Of a stretch of DNA of 64,000 nucleotides, positions 20,834-32,432 are shown piece after piece. Source of the stretch: Andalucia godoyi And28 (taxonomy: Eukaryota; Protista; Jakobida); NCBI GenBank assembly GCA_009859145.1, contig VRVR01000005.1:215448-279447 (forward strand), given 5' to 3'. The stretch's first letter is position 1; every line of letters begins with the position of its first letter. Below the pieces are notes generated by a model. It worked only from the letters and a program-made list of their open reading frames with translations. It ran no database searches and was not told where the DNA came from. A program made the position numbers and the translations under genes.

Positions 20834-22213
20834 TCATTTTGCGCACAAACGCTCAACAGATGCGGCGTGACGAAGCAACCGTCGATCATGCAGCTTTCGT
20901 CCAACAAGCTGCATCCCTACTTTGTCCGCGAACACTGGGACGGAGATAGCAGGATTTCCACTCAGAGAAGCTGGTACCGTGAAGACATCCTCTGCATAAC
21001 CTTCAGTGGCATTTTCGTACGTTGAAGGCATAGACAGCTTTGGAATTACTGGGCACAGCAGAAAATCACAATGCAACAGTGCATTGTCAAAATCAGAAGA
21101 TATCACTTGTCTCATTTTCAGCGCGGGCTCAAAGTACTTTGTGTAGGCATCTTTGGAGAGCACGTACGTTCCAGACAGTATTCGTCTGCGTACTTCACTT
21201 CCAAAACCAGTTGTGCGAGTACGGACCAGGTCGTGGTCGTGGTGACCGAAAAAGATTCCGCTGTATCGCGATAGGTTCGAAGATGCTTCTGCAGTTGCAA
21301 TGACGTAGTATGCGTGAAGAGACATGGGGACGCTCGGCAGCTGGATATCCACCAGCTGTGCTCCATGTTCCTCCAGTCTCTTGGCTGTTCTTTCCCAAAT
21401 GGCCCTTACGTTTACCGACAGCTCGGAGATGAGAAACTGTTGAGGAATACCAACTCGGAGTCCCTTCAAATCGCAAGAATCGGCGTCGACGTTCGCGCTA
21501 TCTACTACGTCCAAGGTCGTTGAGTCCATGGGATCGACTCCGAAAAGATAGTCCGAAACAAGAGAGACGTCGTCAACCGTGCGACCGAACAACCCAGGAC
21601 AATCCAATGAGGAGGCATAGGCGATGAGGCCGTACCGAGAGAATGCTCCATACGACGGCTTGAAGCCAACAACACCACAGATGGCAGCAGGCTGCCGCAC
21701 CGATCCACCCGTGTCGGATCCAACGGCAACTACACACGAGCCATTTGCAACTGCAACAGCCGAGCCGCCCGAGGATCCTCCGGGCGACTTTTCATTCCAT
21801 ACTGTAGCTGGAAAAACAGACGAAGTACTCGTGGTGTTCCCCATCCCAAACTCGTCCATGTTGGTCTTTCCAACAATCACCGCCCCTTGGTTTTGCAATC
21901 TTCTGACCACGGTTGCCGTGTAGGATGGCACAAATGACCGCAGCATTTGCGACGACGCCGTCGTTGGCCAACCTTGGACACAAAAATTATCCTTGACTGC
22001 CACTGGCACTCCAGCTAGCGCAAGATTGTCATGCTCGGAGAGCCGACGAGTCTCGGACGAAATCGTATCTTCCGAAAGCATAACCTGTGTGAACGCATGC
22101 TGCTGCGGTTCTGTTTCCTGAATTCGCTGCAGTCTTTGACGAAGAATGTTCGACGATGTCGACGCGTTCTGGCGCACAGACTCGGCAATGCTTCTCACCG
22201 AACTCTGGAACAT
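20834..22213 (-). CDS. gatA: Glutamyl-tRNA(Gln) amidotransferase subunit A (amidase signature), probably mitochondrial
   Basis: GVPVAVKDN, GKTNMDEFGMG, PGGSSGGSA, GSDTGGSVRQPA, GFGSEVRRRILSGTYVLS. Confidence 0.9.
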   Translation of the reverse strand: MFQSSVRSIAESVRQNASTSSNILRQRLQRIQETEPQQHAFTQVMLSEDTISSETRRLSEHDNLALAGVPVAVKDNFCVQGWPTTASSQMLRSFVPSYTATVVRRLQNQGAVIVGKTNMDEFGMGNTTSTSSVFPATVWNEKSPGGSSGGSAVAVANGSCVVAVGSDTGGSVRQPAAICGVVGFKPSYGAFSRYGLIAYASSLDCPGLFGRTVDDVSLVSDYLFGVDPMDSTTLDVVDSANVDADSCDLKGLRVGIPQQFLISELSVNVRAIWERTAKRLEEHGAQLVDIQLPSVPMSLHAYYVIATAEASSNLSRYSGIFFGHHDHDLVRTRTTGFGSEVRRRILSGTYVLSKDAYTKYFEPALKMRQVISSDFDNALLHCDFLLCPVIPKLSMPSTYENATEGYAEDVFTVPASLSGNPAISVPVFADKVGMQLVGRKLHDRRLLRHAASVERLCAK

Positions 22214-22558
22214 TTCACGCACACACCCACCAGACCTCCCCCTTCCTTATGCTGCACCACCACAAAACAATAAGCCACTTAAAAGATGCTAGAACCACTC
22301 TTACGACATGTCTACCTTTGGCCCTGCTTGTTTCAAATAATGCTCGTTTTTACAATGGTCGCACAAAGGACGGATCAGCATTTTTGACTCATCTGAGTCG
22401 ATTGTGCAGCATGAAACTGCGAGTTTGAAGCCTTGGATTTCTTTCTTGCTCCCTTTTCTTTTTCTTTTTCTTTTTCTTTTTCTTCTTCTTCTTCTTCTTC
22501 TTTCATTTCCTCCCGAGCTTTGTAGCTATTCGACTTGTCGGATTCGCAGTGGGACGAG

Positions 22559-23880
22559 ATGCAAGCAGAGGAGAACGACGCCTCAACGTACATATGGCAA
22601 GGCGAGATTGTTCGTTCGTGGCAGCTTCTCGAAGAAGATGAATCAGGAAATCTGAAGACGGTCGACGTTCGAGAACAGCGGCGCCGAACAGATCTGTATG
22701 TCCGTCTCTTGCTCAGTTTGCAGACCGCCCTTTTCTTTTCTTCTTCTTTTAATTAAAAAAAAAAGTTCATTAAAACAATGCATTGTTCATGGGGAAGGTT
22801 TTATGAAAATCCGTTGCGTTCAATTGACTAATGAAGAAGTATCTGGGGTTTTCAAATTGATCAATACATAGAAACGATGCTGCAGGCACGCTGGTGAAGC
22901 GCGGAATCATTCGATTTCTTGTTCTGGTGATTGATCTTTCGTCGTCAGTTACCGAGGTTGATTTTCGACCATCGCGCATGGCTGTGACACTCAACTCGTC
23001 CATTTCGTTTGTTCGAGAGTTTTTCGACCAGAATCCACTGTCGCATTTATCCATCATTGTCACGCGGAACGGGCTAGCCGAACAAGTCACTGAGCTCTCT
23101 GGAAATCCTAATCACCACATCAACATGTTGAAATCCCGATGGGAGCCTGGGGGTTCTGCGTCGCTTCAGAATGCCCTCGAACTTGCCCATTCGTATCTGC
23201 ATGCAATTCCTTCCTACGGCTCAAGAGAAGTGGTCGTTCTGTTCAATTCGATGCGCACTCAAGATCCTGGTGACATCCCGCTGACGATCAGGAGACTCGT
23301 GGAAGCACGCATCCATGTTTCCATTGTTGGGGTTGCTGCTGAAGTGTTTGTATGCAGCAACATTGCCAAGCAAACGGGCGGAATATACAGAATTTCCCTG
23401 GATGCGAATCATCATCACGAGCTGCTGTTCTCCTTCGCCTCTCCACCCCCGCAAACAGAAGACGACATCCAGGCTCCCTGTATTGTCTCCATGGGGTTTC
23501 CGAAACGGTGTTCGGAAATCAACGGGTCTCTATGCACGTGCCACTCCACATTCACGAATGTTGGGTTTCAGTGTCCTCGTTGTGCATCCAAGTATTGCGA
23601 TCTTCCTGTGGACTGCTCCGTCTGCGGGCTTACGCTCGTGATGTCTCCACATCTAGCGAGATCATACCATCATTTGTTTCCAGTTCCTATTTTTGCAGAA
23701 ACTACTACCAACGCAGCATCCAGTGCGACTTGTTTTGGCTGTGCAGCCATTCTCGATCTGGGCAGCCATGCGTACGCTTGCCCGTTGTGCTCCTGTGCAT
23801 TTTGCTTGGATTGTGATATCTTCATCCACGAATCGCTGCATAACTGTCCGGGCTGCCAGGCGCGGAAGCAAATGTTCTAG
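22559..23880 (+). CDS. GTF2H2: TFIIH subunit p44/Ssl1; 2 exons (22559-22695, 22872-23880)
   Basis: Exon 1 YIWQGEIVRSWQLLEEDESG; vWA KRGIIRFLVLVIDLS; CPRCASKYCDLPVDCSVCGLTLVMSPHLARSYHHLFP; C-terminal RING-like FIHESLHNCPGC. Intron GTATGT...TGACTAAT...TAG. Confidence 0.93.
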
Positions 23881-24303
23881 ATTCTTAATTCCGGGTAGCT
23901 GTTTTCTGCCGCAGCTCGGGTCCGTTTTGTACAAATTCCAGTAACCCATTAAAAACCACACCTTCGATTGGACGACTGATGAAACTGCATTGGTGACAAG
24001 CGCAGACAGACTCTTTCGTTTGCTGTAGACAAGTCATTCGCGTCGCTCCGACAGTCTCGTCGGGGGGAATGGGTTGTGCTGCGCGAAGATGCTTTCTGTG
24101 AAAAAATCGAAAGACCACCCAGTGCACATAACAATGATAACCGCCCACCCTCGAATGACATCACAAGCCACAACATAAAAGAAGTGTTGCATTCACCGTC
24201 GTGCGAAATGCACACAGGCTAGGCGTACAGCTTTGGATCCTTTTATTTTATTTATTATTATTATTATTATTATTTTGTTTTTGAAAGAGCTTGAAAAAAG
24301 AAA

Positions 24304-25942
24304 AATGTCGTTTTCTGGAAGAAAATGCTGCCCGCGCTTCGAATCTCCGCCAGAGAATGCGTTGCTGTTCATGGACGACTCTCTACCAAAGCTGCATGAA
24401 CTTATGTCGATATCGTTTCGTGACTTGGCTTCCCAGCCGAATGTTGCTGCGACCGGACGAAAGATTGTAGGTTGTGTAGCAAGCGATCTGGATGTTCGTT
24501 CCAATGAAGCAGAGTGTCTGTTCACACTGTCTCCCACCGAGTCGGTGCGGCTTCGATTTTGTTTCGTTGGCTTTCCTGTGGATTGCATTCGTAGAGGAGA
24601 CGAGTTGACGATCATCAATCCAGTCGCTGCACAGGTCTATGGCTCTTCCTCGGCTTGTTTGGTATGCAGCGATTGCAGATGTGTATTGAACGTAACCAGA
24701 GCAGCTTCCTTCTCAGCCAACGATTGGAAGGATCTTGGGAATGCGTACTTTCGAAGAACGCAAATCTATGAAGCCATATTGTGCTATTCGTATGGGATTC
24801 GTTGTGATGCTCAGAATGTGGCTTGTTTTGCGAATCGTGCAGAGTGCTTTCTCCGCATTCGATGTTGGGAACGCGCCCTCCATGACAGCAATCGTGTGCT
24901 GGAGCTCGATCCAAGCCATGCAAAGGGGAGAAATCGACGAGACCTTGCGTTGGCGAGCCTTGGCCGTCATGCAGAACTGAGCGAAAGTTTCGATGCAGCG
25001 TCTCGGCAGCGCGTCAAAGATGAATCAGAAGGGATCTTTCGATCTCCCATCCGCGATCTCGATCCTCATCCAACATATTTTTGTTCTTCCATGCTTCGGT
25101 TTCAGCGCTGTACGGACACTCAAAAGGGCTCTGGGGTGTACGCTACATGTGACATTCCTGCCGGAACGTTGCTCTTGGTTGAAAACCCCTTTGCATGCGC
25201 ATCGGATACCGAGCTGGGACTGGACGAACTGGATTATTTGCGACGGACACAAGGCGAAAAGACGCGGCTCCTCTTCAGTCCGCGGACGCTGCTCTTGAAG
25301 GCGAAGTTGTGGCAGCGTTTGACTGTGGATCCGGAATCGTTTGAGTCTGTGAAGTGGATGCGCGGTTTGGAGAGCAAACACGCCGAGGAACTGCGTATGT
25401 CGGACATGGATGACTGGATTAAGTACAACGCTTTTGAAGGTGCCTCTGTTGCTGGAATGTATCCTCTTGCAGCCCAGTGGAACCACAGTTGCCTTCCAAA
25501 TTGCGTCTGGTACATAGACACGAGTGTGTTGGTGATGGTTTCCTGTGCAAACATCAAGGCCACTGAAGAGTGCTGCGATGGGTACTTTCACTACGCGTCG
25601 TTTGACGAAAGACAGAGGACATCTCGCTCTATGGGTTTTGTATGTCGCTGTTCCCGATGTGCGCTGGAGTCCACAATTCCTCGTCCGCATGCGCGGCATG
25701 CATTCCTCGATGCGTCGAATATGCATCACCTGTCGGATGCAGATTACGTGCGACTCAACATGGCCCAGCTCAGTGAGTTTGGACTGGTGGATTCACGGAA
25801 TGTGTTTCGATTCTTCCAATCCAGCTCGCATTTGGGCCGTCTCTTGCATGCTGCTGAAGGCTGCCAATCGGAAGCAACGCTCGCCGTTTTAAAGGATGCA
25901 GAACGTGCTGTTCATCAGATCCAATCCTGGTTTCCGCAATGA
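24304..25942 (+). CDS. TPR + SET-domain (SMYD-like) lysine methyltransferase
   Basis: TPR WKDLGNAYF...YEAILCYS...FANRAECFL; SET KGSGVYATCDIPAGTLLLVENP and WNHSCLPNC; post-SET FVCRCSRC. Confidence 0.85.
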
Positions 25943-26546
25943 TGGGTCACACAATAAATAGTACATGTTCCCCCTCTCTTCCTTTGGCACTACTACTATT
26001 CATTGTGGACGTTGCCTGTTCCGCTGTTTACTGTACGCAGCACTTGCTTGTATCGGGTGTGCGATGGTCCTTTCTGCTTGCACAACAAACGAAAAAGTCC
26101 ACTTCGGAAAATCAGGGCGGTTCTGCTAACCACACTATATATTGTGTTGGTTTTGAATTATTTTTTTTTGAATGCACAAAAGAAAACTTCCCTGGTTTCC
26201 GGTTTGCGATTTACGTCGTTTGAACGCTGCCACCTGCCTCCATTTTCATTTTCTAAAGACAAGAATTATTCAGTCGTTCATACTGGCCACAGCACACACA
26301 CTCACACACTTGCACACTCACACACTTGCACACTCCTCCACTTAACAAACTCACACATCCATAACCACATTCTTGCGGCAACAGCAACAGTAGCAGTAGT
26401 ATTAGTAGTAGTAATAGCAGTGATTGTAGGTTTCGCAGTGGTGGGCTCCGCGGTGCAACGGTATTTCTTGGATTTTATTTTCTTCTTTCTGGATTTCTCC
26501 TAGTGTCTGTTTTCTTTTTTTCTTTCTTTTTTGCTGTCTGTCTGCA

Positions 26547-28676
26547 ATGGGTAATGGGTGTCGTGCGATGTGCACGCCTCGCGTTCAGGATCCCGAACTG
26601 AATGAATTTTTTTTAAAGTTTCGCGAGATTTATTCACAAACATGCAAAGAGAATAATGTCACGCCCGAGACAGCGGTTGTCTCTGGACTGCTGAAATTTC
26701 TGCGGATTCCGACCTGGCCACGGTCGCAGCGAGCGCCTCCTCCACGAATTCTTGTGAATTGGTCTACCATTCCATGTGGGGACGAGGCACTCATTGCCTT
26801 TATTGCGGTTCTTCGACGAGTGAAGACATCGGTCCGCTTTGGACTGTCCATGAAGGGCTGTGCAGTTACTGAGCTCGGAGTCAAGTACATTCCAAATGAC
26901 GTTACGCTGTACCATTTGGACCTCTCTGGAAACACGTTTGCAGAAGATGCTCTCATCCATCTCTCAAGAGTGCTTGCGAACAACGAGTCAATCCGAGTGC
27001 TCATGCTCTCGTCTTCCAAGTTCTCGACGAGAGGGTTCGAAGTGCTTTCTATGGCGCTGCTGAGGAACACCACGCTGAAGAAGCTATCGCTGCACGGCGT
27101 CTGCTTGGACGATTCCTCCCTTTCACGACTGTCAGAAACGCTCAAACAGAATTCGTCTCTACAGGACATCGACATCTCTGCAAATACGTCCCTGACAATG
27201 AACGGAATAGAGTCGCTTGTTGGCGCGGTTGCAAAGAATCACGCACTGACGTGCTTGAAGGTGGATTCTGCAGTGCTTGATCCAAAGAGTGGTGAGGCAC
27301 TGCGAAAATACATTGAGAGGAATTTGATTTGTACAGAAATGATGCAGCTGTTGTTCAACAGGTCCATAGCGCTTGTGAACCGCAACAAAGTTACTGCGAA
27401 TAGAAGAGCAAACAGCATGTCTCGGAAACCATCTACTCATGGGTCTGCTCGGTACCAAGAAGAAGCGGCGTTTCATGACACTGGTGAGGGCGGTGAGCTG
27501 GAGACAGATCGGTTCCATGTTGGGCACGCCGAAACAATTGGAAGAAGACCGACGATGGAGGACGTGTCAGTCGTGGAGCTTTCTTTTCGTGGCTCGGAAG
27601 ACGAAGGTCTTTTTGAGTTGTTCGATGGACACGGCGGCCGCACTGCGTCAACACTCGCAGGTACTTGGATGCACGAACTCATCTCGGAAAGCTTGGATGC
27701 AATGGAGTCCATGTTGACCAAGGATTTCTCGCAGCAGCAGCCTGCTGGCGTTGCGGATGCACAGAACATTCCAGTTTCTCCGTTGACAACGACCGCCCTA
27801 AAGACGTTCAGTGCGCAGATGGATGGCGTTTCCACGTACGATCTCATCCGACGCAACAGGACTGTGCGAGATCGAGGTTTGGTGAATGCGGAAGGGTCGC
27901 TGATTAAAACCGCCAATGGCTCGGATCCTGTTACGGACGTTCTTACAAATTCGTTTTTAGACATGAATGATGTTATGATCCAACACGATGTTACCGACGG
28001 AACGACTGCGTTGGTGTGTTACATTCGAGGAAACAAATTGTGGATGGCAAATGCGGGGGACTCCCGCGGCGTACTTTCCAGAAATGGCCACGCCACTCGC
28101 CTGTCCATTGACCATGTTCCCGTGCTTCCCGAAGAAGAAGCACGGATCGAGAAATACGGCGGATTTGTTTCCAACGACGGAAGAGTGAACGGTGTTCTTG
28201 CGGTGAGCAGGGCTCTTGGAGATCTGTTTCTGCAGCCAATGGTATCTCCGGAACCGTACGTGTTTTGCATGGATCTGAAGCCGACAGACAATCTGCTGGT
28301 CATGGCATGCGATGGCTTGTGGGATGTGATGGATGACCAGTACGCGATTGACATTGCAAAGTCAATTGATGATCCCAGGCTGGCAGCAGTTCGGCTAAGA
28401 GACCTAGCATATCACACCGGGTCAACAGACAACATTTCCGTCAGTGTTATTCGAATTAAGCCTTTGTCCGACAAGCCCAGTCCTGTGGGAATTGGGTTTT
28501 CATCCAAGTCGCGCAGGCTTTCGTTGAATTCTTCGCTGTCCTCCGTGTCCTCGCCTCGAATTCCAGAGGACGCCGAAAAGAAAGAAACCGGTACAGAACA
28601 GACTTTCGGGTCTGAAGATGCAGAATGCATCTTCTTGTCCACAAATCCGGAGACCATCAAGAAGCTGGAAGATTAA
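26547..28676 (+). CDS. RI-like LRR + PP2C (PPM) phosphatase with putative N-myristoylation
   Basis: MGNGC start; LRRs LYHLDLSGN, LKKLSLHGVCL, LQDIDISAN; PP2C motifs TMED, FDGHGG, DGTT, NAGDSR, LAVSRALGD, ACDGLWD, GSTDNIS. Confidence 0.88.
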   Translation: MGNGCRAMCTPRVQDPELNEFFLKFREIYSQTCKENNVTPETAVVSGLLKFLRIPTWPRSQRAPPPRILVNWSTIPCGDEALIAFIAVLRRVKTSVRFGLSMKGCAVTELGVKYIPNDVTLYHLDLSGNTFAEDALIHLSRVLANNESIRVLMLSSSKFSTRGFEVLSMALLRNTTLKKLSLHGVCLDDSSLSRLSETLKQNSSLQDIDISANTSLTMNGIESLVGAVAKNHALTCLKVDSAVLDPKSGEALRKYIERNLICTEMMQLLFNRSIALVNRNKVTANRRANSMSRKPSTHGSARYQEEAAFHDTGEGGELETDRFHVGHAETIGRRPTMEDVSVVELSFRGSEDEGLFELFDGHGGRTASTLAGTWMHELISESLDAMESMLTKDFSQQQPAGVADAQNIPVSPLTTTALKTFSAQMDGVSTYDLIRRNRTVRDRGLVNAEGSLIKTANGSDPVTDVLTNSFLDMNDVMIQHDVTDGTTALVCYIRGNKLWMANAGDSRGVLSRNGHATRLSIDHVPVLPEEEARIEKYGGFVSNDGRVNGVLAVSRALGDLFLQPMVSPEPYVFCMDLKPTDNLLVMACDGLWDVMDDQYAIDIAKSIDDPRLAAVRLRDLAYHTGSTDNISVSVIRIKPLSDKPSPVGIGFSSKSRRLSLNSSLSSVSSPRIPEDAEKKETGTEQTFGSEDAECIFLSTNPETIKKLED

Positions 28677-28974
28677 CGAGTCGTTTATCATTGTTTTTTT
28701 AATTGTTAAAAACCAATATATCCCGCATTCGATGTTTGTTGATTATTGTATATCTTTTTGTGTACGAATTTTCTTGCCAAGGAGAAGTGAGACAAGAGAG
28801 GGAAGTTGGGGTGCTTCTTTTATTTACATGCCAAGACACCTGTTTTCCAATCAGTCTCGCCCACTCTTCCATTCTCTTGGAGTGCATTGCTGTTTGTGTC
28901 ATGCAACCATTTTGGAATTCACGACTGCCATGCGTCGACCAGAAGAGAGTCTACGATCCTAATTACCGGTATGA

Positions 28975-30936
28975 TCATTGCCTTCGTTGACCGCCAGGAG
29001 TAGGGGTCGCGAGACTTTCTCTCCAGAGCTCATCAGAAGCCTGGTTCGTGGTATGCACCTCCTCACGAACCCCGTACTGCGACTGAGATTGCGGAACGGG
29101 CTGATACTGCGGCTGATACTGCGGCTGATACTGCGGCTGATATTGCACATTGCCAGCCGGGGGCGGATAGGCAGATGGATTCACTGCCAAGGGCGGAAGA
29201 CCATTTGGATCCTGACCTTGTGCACCATACTGATAGTTCGGATCTGCCCCACCTCCATAATCATATCCAAGAGCTGGGTTCATTCGACGAAGCGCAGGAG
29301 AAGCAAAATTGGAAAAGAGCGTTTGGCGATACGACGTAGACGCGGAACTCGTGATTCTTTCCTTTGTTGCCATAGTCTGTTGGTCAGCGGCCACCTGTTG
29401 CTGCTCTCTCAGATGGGCATCCGTCACGACTCGGAGATCTCCCTCAACTTTCAAATCTGGAAAAACGTCGATTTGCGAACGAAGAAGCGGCTTCTGATGC
29501 ACAAGCGATCGCAGCGACTGGTGGTTTCTCCAGGCATCCAAGAACGAGCGCGGCCCCAAAATTCCTTTCTGATAATTCAGGAAACCCTCAATCCAGTCAA
29601 TATGCTCCAGCTGACGGCGCAGCTCTGCCTCTTCTCCGAGCAGCACGCTCAGCTTATACTGCGTGATTTCCTGGAGACGCGCCATCGCAGCTTGCAGGAT
29701 TGCGTATATTCGTTCCTCGACTTCCGCAGCATTGCGATTCACTTTTTCCAGTCGATCATCTACAACACGTAAGTGATGAATTATTGCACCGCGCTTCGTC
29801 TCGAGAAGCCGATCTTCCTTCCTTGCTGCCGACAGCGCTTGGGTGTACGCCTCCACAATGGGAATAAGCGGATGAGACGATGCGTCTCCCGCTGCATGGG
29901 AGCCAATCATTTTGCAGTAAACACACACAGGCAGGTTCCAAACAGTGTCCCAAAACTCGAGCGGCTGCTTTGGGTGCGACGGGCAGTATCCGAAGGCCCC
30001 AGCATCGATGTCCTCCTTTGTGATTTCCACAGGCCCAGCAGCGCCGACCGTCAATCCAATCACACTTGAACTCTTTCCGCATGCACGCTGCAGTGCATTG
30101 AGATCCGCTTCCGTCAAAATGCCCTTCTTTTCCAGCCTTTGGATAAGGCCACGAAGAGATATCGCCTCTTCCAACATATCCGTTCTCTTCATGTGTTCAT
30201 ACACCGCGCGCGCTCGTGTGAGTGCATCCTGAGATTTGATTCGTGTATCTGCAGCCGGATCATACGCAAACGAAACCCAGTACATTGGAAGAACCTGAGC
30301 AGGATCCTTGACAAAATACGAGTGATGATACGTGAGGGAATGTGCATCTCGAGGAGTGAACGAAGGGACATCCGGGAACACTGTCTCTCGATCATCGTCC
30401 AAATCGGAGGCCGTGATGGTTCCATCGTCTCCATTCATTCCAGAATCTTTGTCCTTGAAATGCACATAGATGGACTGGAACTGCTGAGGAATTTCCGTCT
30501 GTGCACTGATCTGCGAGGCTTCCATGAGGAATGATCTGCCAACCGCAAGTCTGCACATCACAAACTCATATCGGCGTGCACCCGAGTTCTGGATGTCCTG
30601 ATCAAGACCTCCGATTTCACCAGTTGGAAACACAGCGCCGCAATCCGGAAGTGCGAATCCGCGCTCCACAATCTTTGAAAGCGTGTTGTGATCATCAAGC
30701 ATTGCCGTATCGATCCACGAGTCCAGAACAAGGCCACCTTTCGAAGACTTTTCAAACTGAAGGTTCAAATGCGGAGTCGCAATCGAGTACACTCCAAGCA
30801 CTTTCACGGACGCAGAGCGCAGAGACAGTCGCAAAAGATACTGTACTCGCGCAAAATCTGGATCCGCTGCATCGACTCTCGGACAAGACTCCACGGCCTT
30901 TGGAATCGACAATGGAGCATCTACTTCCAATTCCAT
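28975..30936 (-). CDS. PARP-like (probably inactive ART fold) + B-box zinc finger + coiled-coil protein
   Basis: FVMCRLAVGRSF...SYFVKDPAQVLPMYWVSF is a PARP-type C-terminus; B-box CPSHPKQPLEFWD...VCVYCKMIGSH...HPL; long heptad region; QPQY repeats. Confidence 0.7.
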   Translation of the reverse strand: MELEVDAPLSIPKAVESCPRVDAADPDFARVQYLLRLSLRSASVKVLGVYSIATPHLNLQFEKSSKGGLVLDSWIDTAMLDDHNTLSKIVERGFALPDCGAVFPTGEIGGLDQDIQNSGARRYEFVMCRLAVGRSFLMEASQISAQTEIPQQFQSIYVHFKDKDSGMNGDDGTITASDLDDDRETVFPDVPSFTPRDAHSLTYHHSYFVKDPAQVLPMYWVSFAYDPAADTRIKSQDALTRARAVYEHMKRTDMLEEAISLRGLIQRLEKKGILTEADLNALQRACGKSSSVIGLTVGAAGPVEITKEDIDAGAFGYCPSHPKQPLEFWDTVWNLPVCVYCKMIGSHAAGDASSHPLIPIVEAYTQALSAARKEDRLLETKRGAIIHHLRVVDDRLEKVNRNAAEVEERIYAILQAAMARLQEITQYKLSVLLGEEAELRRQLEHIDWIEGFLNYQKGILGPRSFLDAWRNHQSLRSLVHQKPLLRSQIDVFPDLKVEGDLRVVTDAHLREQQQVAADQQTMATKERITSSASTSYRQTLFSNFASPALRRMNPALGYDYGGGADPNYQYGAQGQDPNGLPPLAVNPSAYPPPAGNVQYQPQYQPQYQPQYQPVPQSQSQYGVREEVHTTNQASDELWRESLATPTPGGQRRQ

Positions 30937-31407
30937 ATCTGTCTATCAATCGATCGCCCGCCTTTTTCCAAAGTTGTAAACACACACACACACTCACACT
31001 CACACACACACACACACTCACTCACTCACTCACGCTCACGTTCAGAAAGGGAGAATTGAAAATGACAGCACGGGTTAAGAAGAAGAAGAAAATGCAAAAC
31101 AAAAACGACAACGGGAGGAAGTCGAAGAAGGATCAGCTGGGCAACGTTTTTGAGCTTTGGGTACTGTGAAAAAGGCAAAGGGGAAACGTCTGATAACGAC
31201 TGGTGGTGGGGGCGAGCCGTTTCAGACTTTTTGGTAACATCACGTGATGCTTGGAGAAACAGAGAGCTTTTTGTTTTCATGAAGTTTCCAGTCCGGCTTA
31301 TTTATTTATATTTAATTTTTCTTTGTTGACTGCGCTTTCTGTTGAGAAGGAAAGAGGGGGGGTTTTCTTTTGTGGGAGCGATCAAGACGTGTTGGGGGGA
31401 ATTGGTG

Positions 31408-32340
31408 ATGTTGTATATAATTGGGATTGGACTTGGAGATGAAAAAGACATTTCAGTGAAAGGGCTTGAGATTGTTCGGTCTTGTTCTCGCGTGTATCTT
31501 GAGAGTTACACATCGATCTTGTCGTGCGGAAGAGATCGCTTGCAAGAGTACTATGGGACCCCGGTGGTGGAGATGGACCGGGAAGCAGTGGAACAGGGCT
31601 GCGAGGACATGCTGCATGCTGCATTGAGTGCGGATGTCGCGTTTCTTGTTGTTGGAGATGCGTTTTCTGCGACGACGCATTCCGACTTGTTCATTCGAGC
31701 GCGAGAACTGGGAGTTTCTGTGAGGGCAATCTTCAACGCTTCGATTATGACAGCAGTTGGTGCGTCTGGATTGCAGCTCTATCGATTTGGGCAGACGGTG
31801 TCACTTGTGTTTTGGACAGATTCGTGGAAGCCAGACTCGTACTACGAGAAGATCAAGCAGAATCGTGCTATCGGACTGCACACGCTGTGCCTGCTGGACA
31901 TCAAGGTCAAGGAGCAAACAACGGAGAATCTGCTGCGTGGGAGAAAGGTGTATGAGCCGCCACGATACATGACATGCGCTCAAGCGGCGGCTCAGTTGTT
32001 GGAGATTGAGGAGAACAGAAAGGAAGGTGCGTACTCCCCGAATACGTATGTCGTTGCGTGCTGCCGCATGGGCACGGACAGTCAGTGCATTCTTGCATGC
32101 AAACTTCGAGAAATGGCGCAGATCGACCTGGGTGGCCCGCTGCACACGTTGGTGTTGTGTGGCGATCTGCATCTCATGGAGCTCGAAATGCTCAGGCTTG
32201 TGGCAGACAATCCGAGCGAGTTTGATGATTTGCTCAAGGACCAAAAGGTCATCACCGACGGCTTTAAAGAAGTGGTTGTTTACGAACACAGCAGAGAACA
32301 ATCACAGCAGGAAGGGACGGGGGGCGACAAAGTGGATTAA
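31408..32340 (+). CDS. DPH5: Diphthine methyl ester synthase
   Basis: MLYIIGIGLGDEKDISVKG, LVVGDAFSATTHSDL, GLQLYRFGQTVS, GLHTLCLLDIKVKE. Confidence 0.95.
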   Translation: MLYIIGIGLGDEKDISVKGLEIVRSCSRVYLESYTSILSCGRDRLQEYYGTPVVEMDREAVEQGCEDMLHAALSADVAFLVVGDAFSATTHSDLFIRARELGVSVRAIFNASIMTAVGASGLQLYRFGQTVSLVFWTDSWKPDSYYEKIKQNRAIGLHTLCLLDIKVKEQTTENLLRGRKVYEPPRYMTCAQAAAQLLEIEENRKEGAYSPNTYVVACCRMGTDSQCILACKLREMAQIDLGGPLHTLVLCGDLHLMELEMLRLVADNPSEFDDLLKDQKVITDGFKEVVVYEHSREQSQQEGTGGDKVD

Positions 32341-32432
32341 CGTACGATAAATACAAGAGACAAAACCTAAGCAATTGAAATGAAACTCAAATTGGGGAGT
32401 GGGGGAAATAACAATAGCAATAACAACAGGTG

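Noticed and set aside
23885-24215. Short minus-strand ORFs between TFIIH p44 and the SET gene
   Set aside because: No motif or convincing start/splice support.
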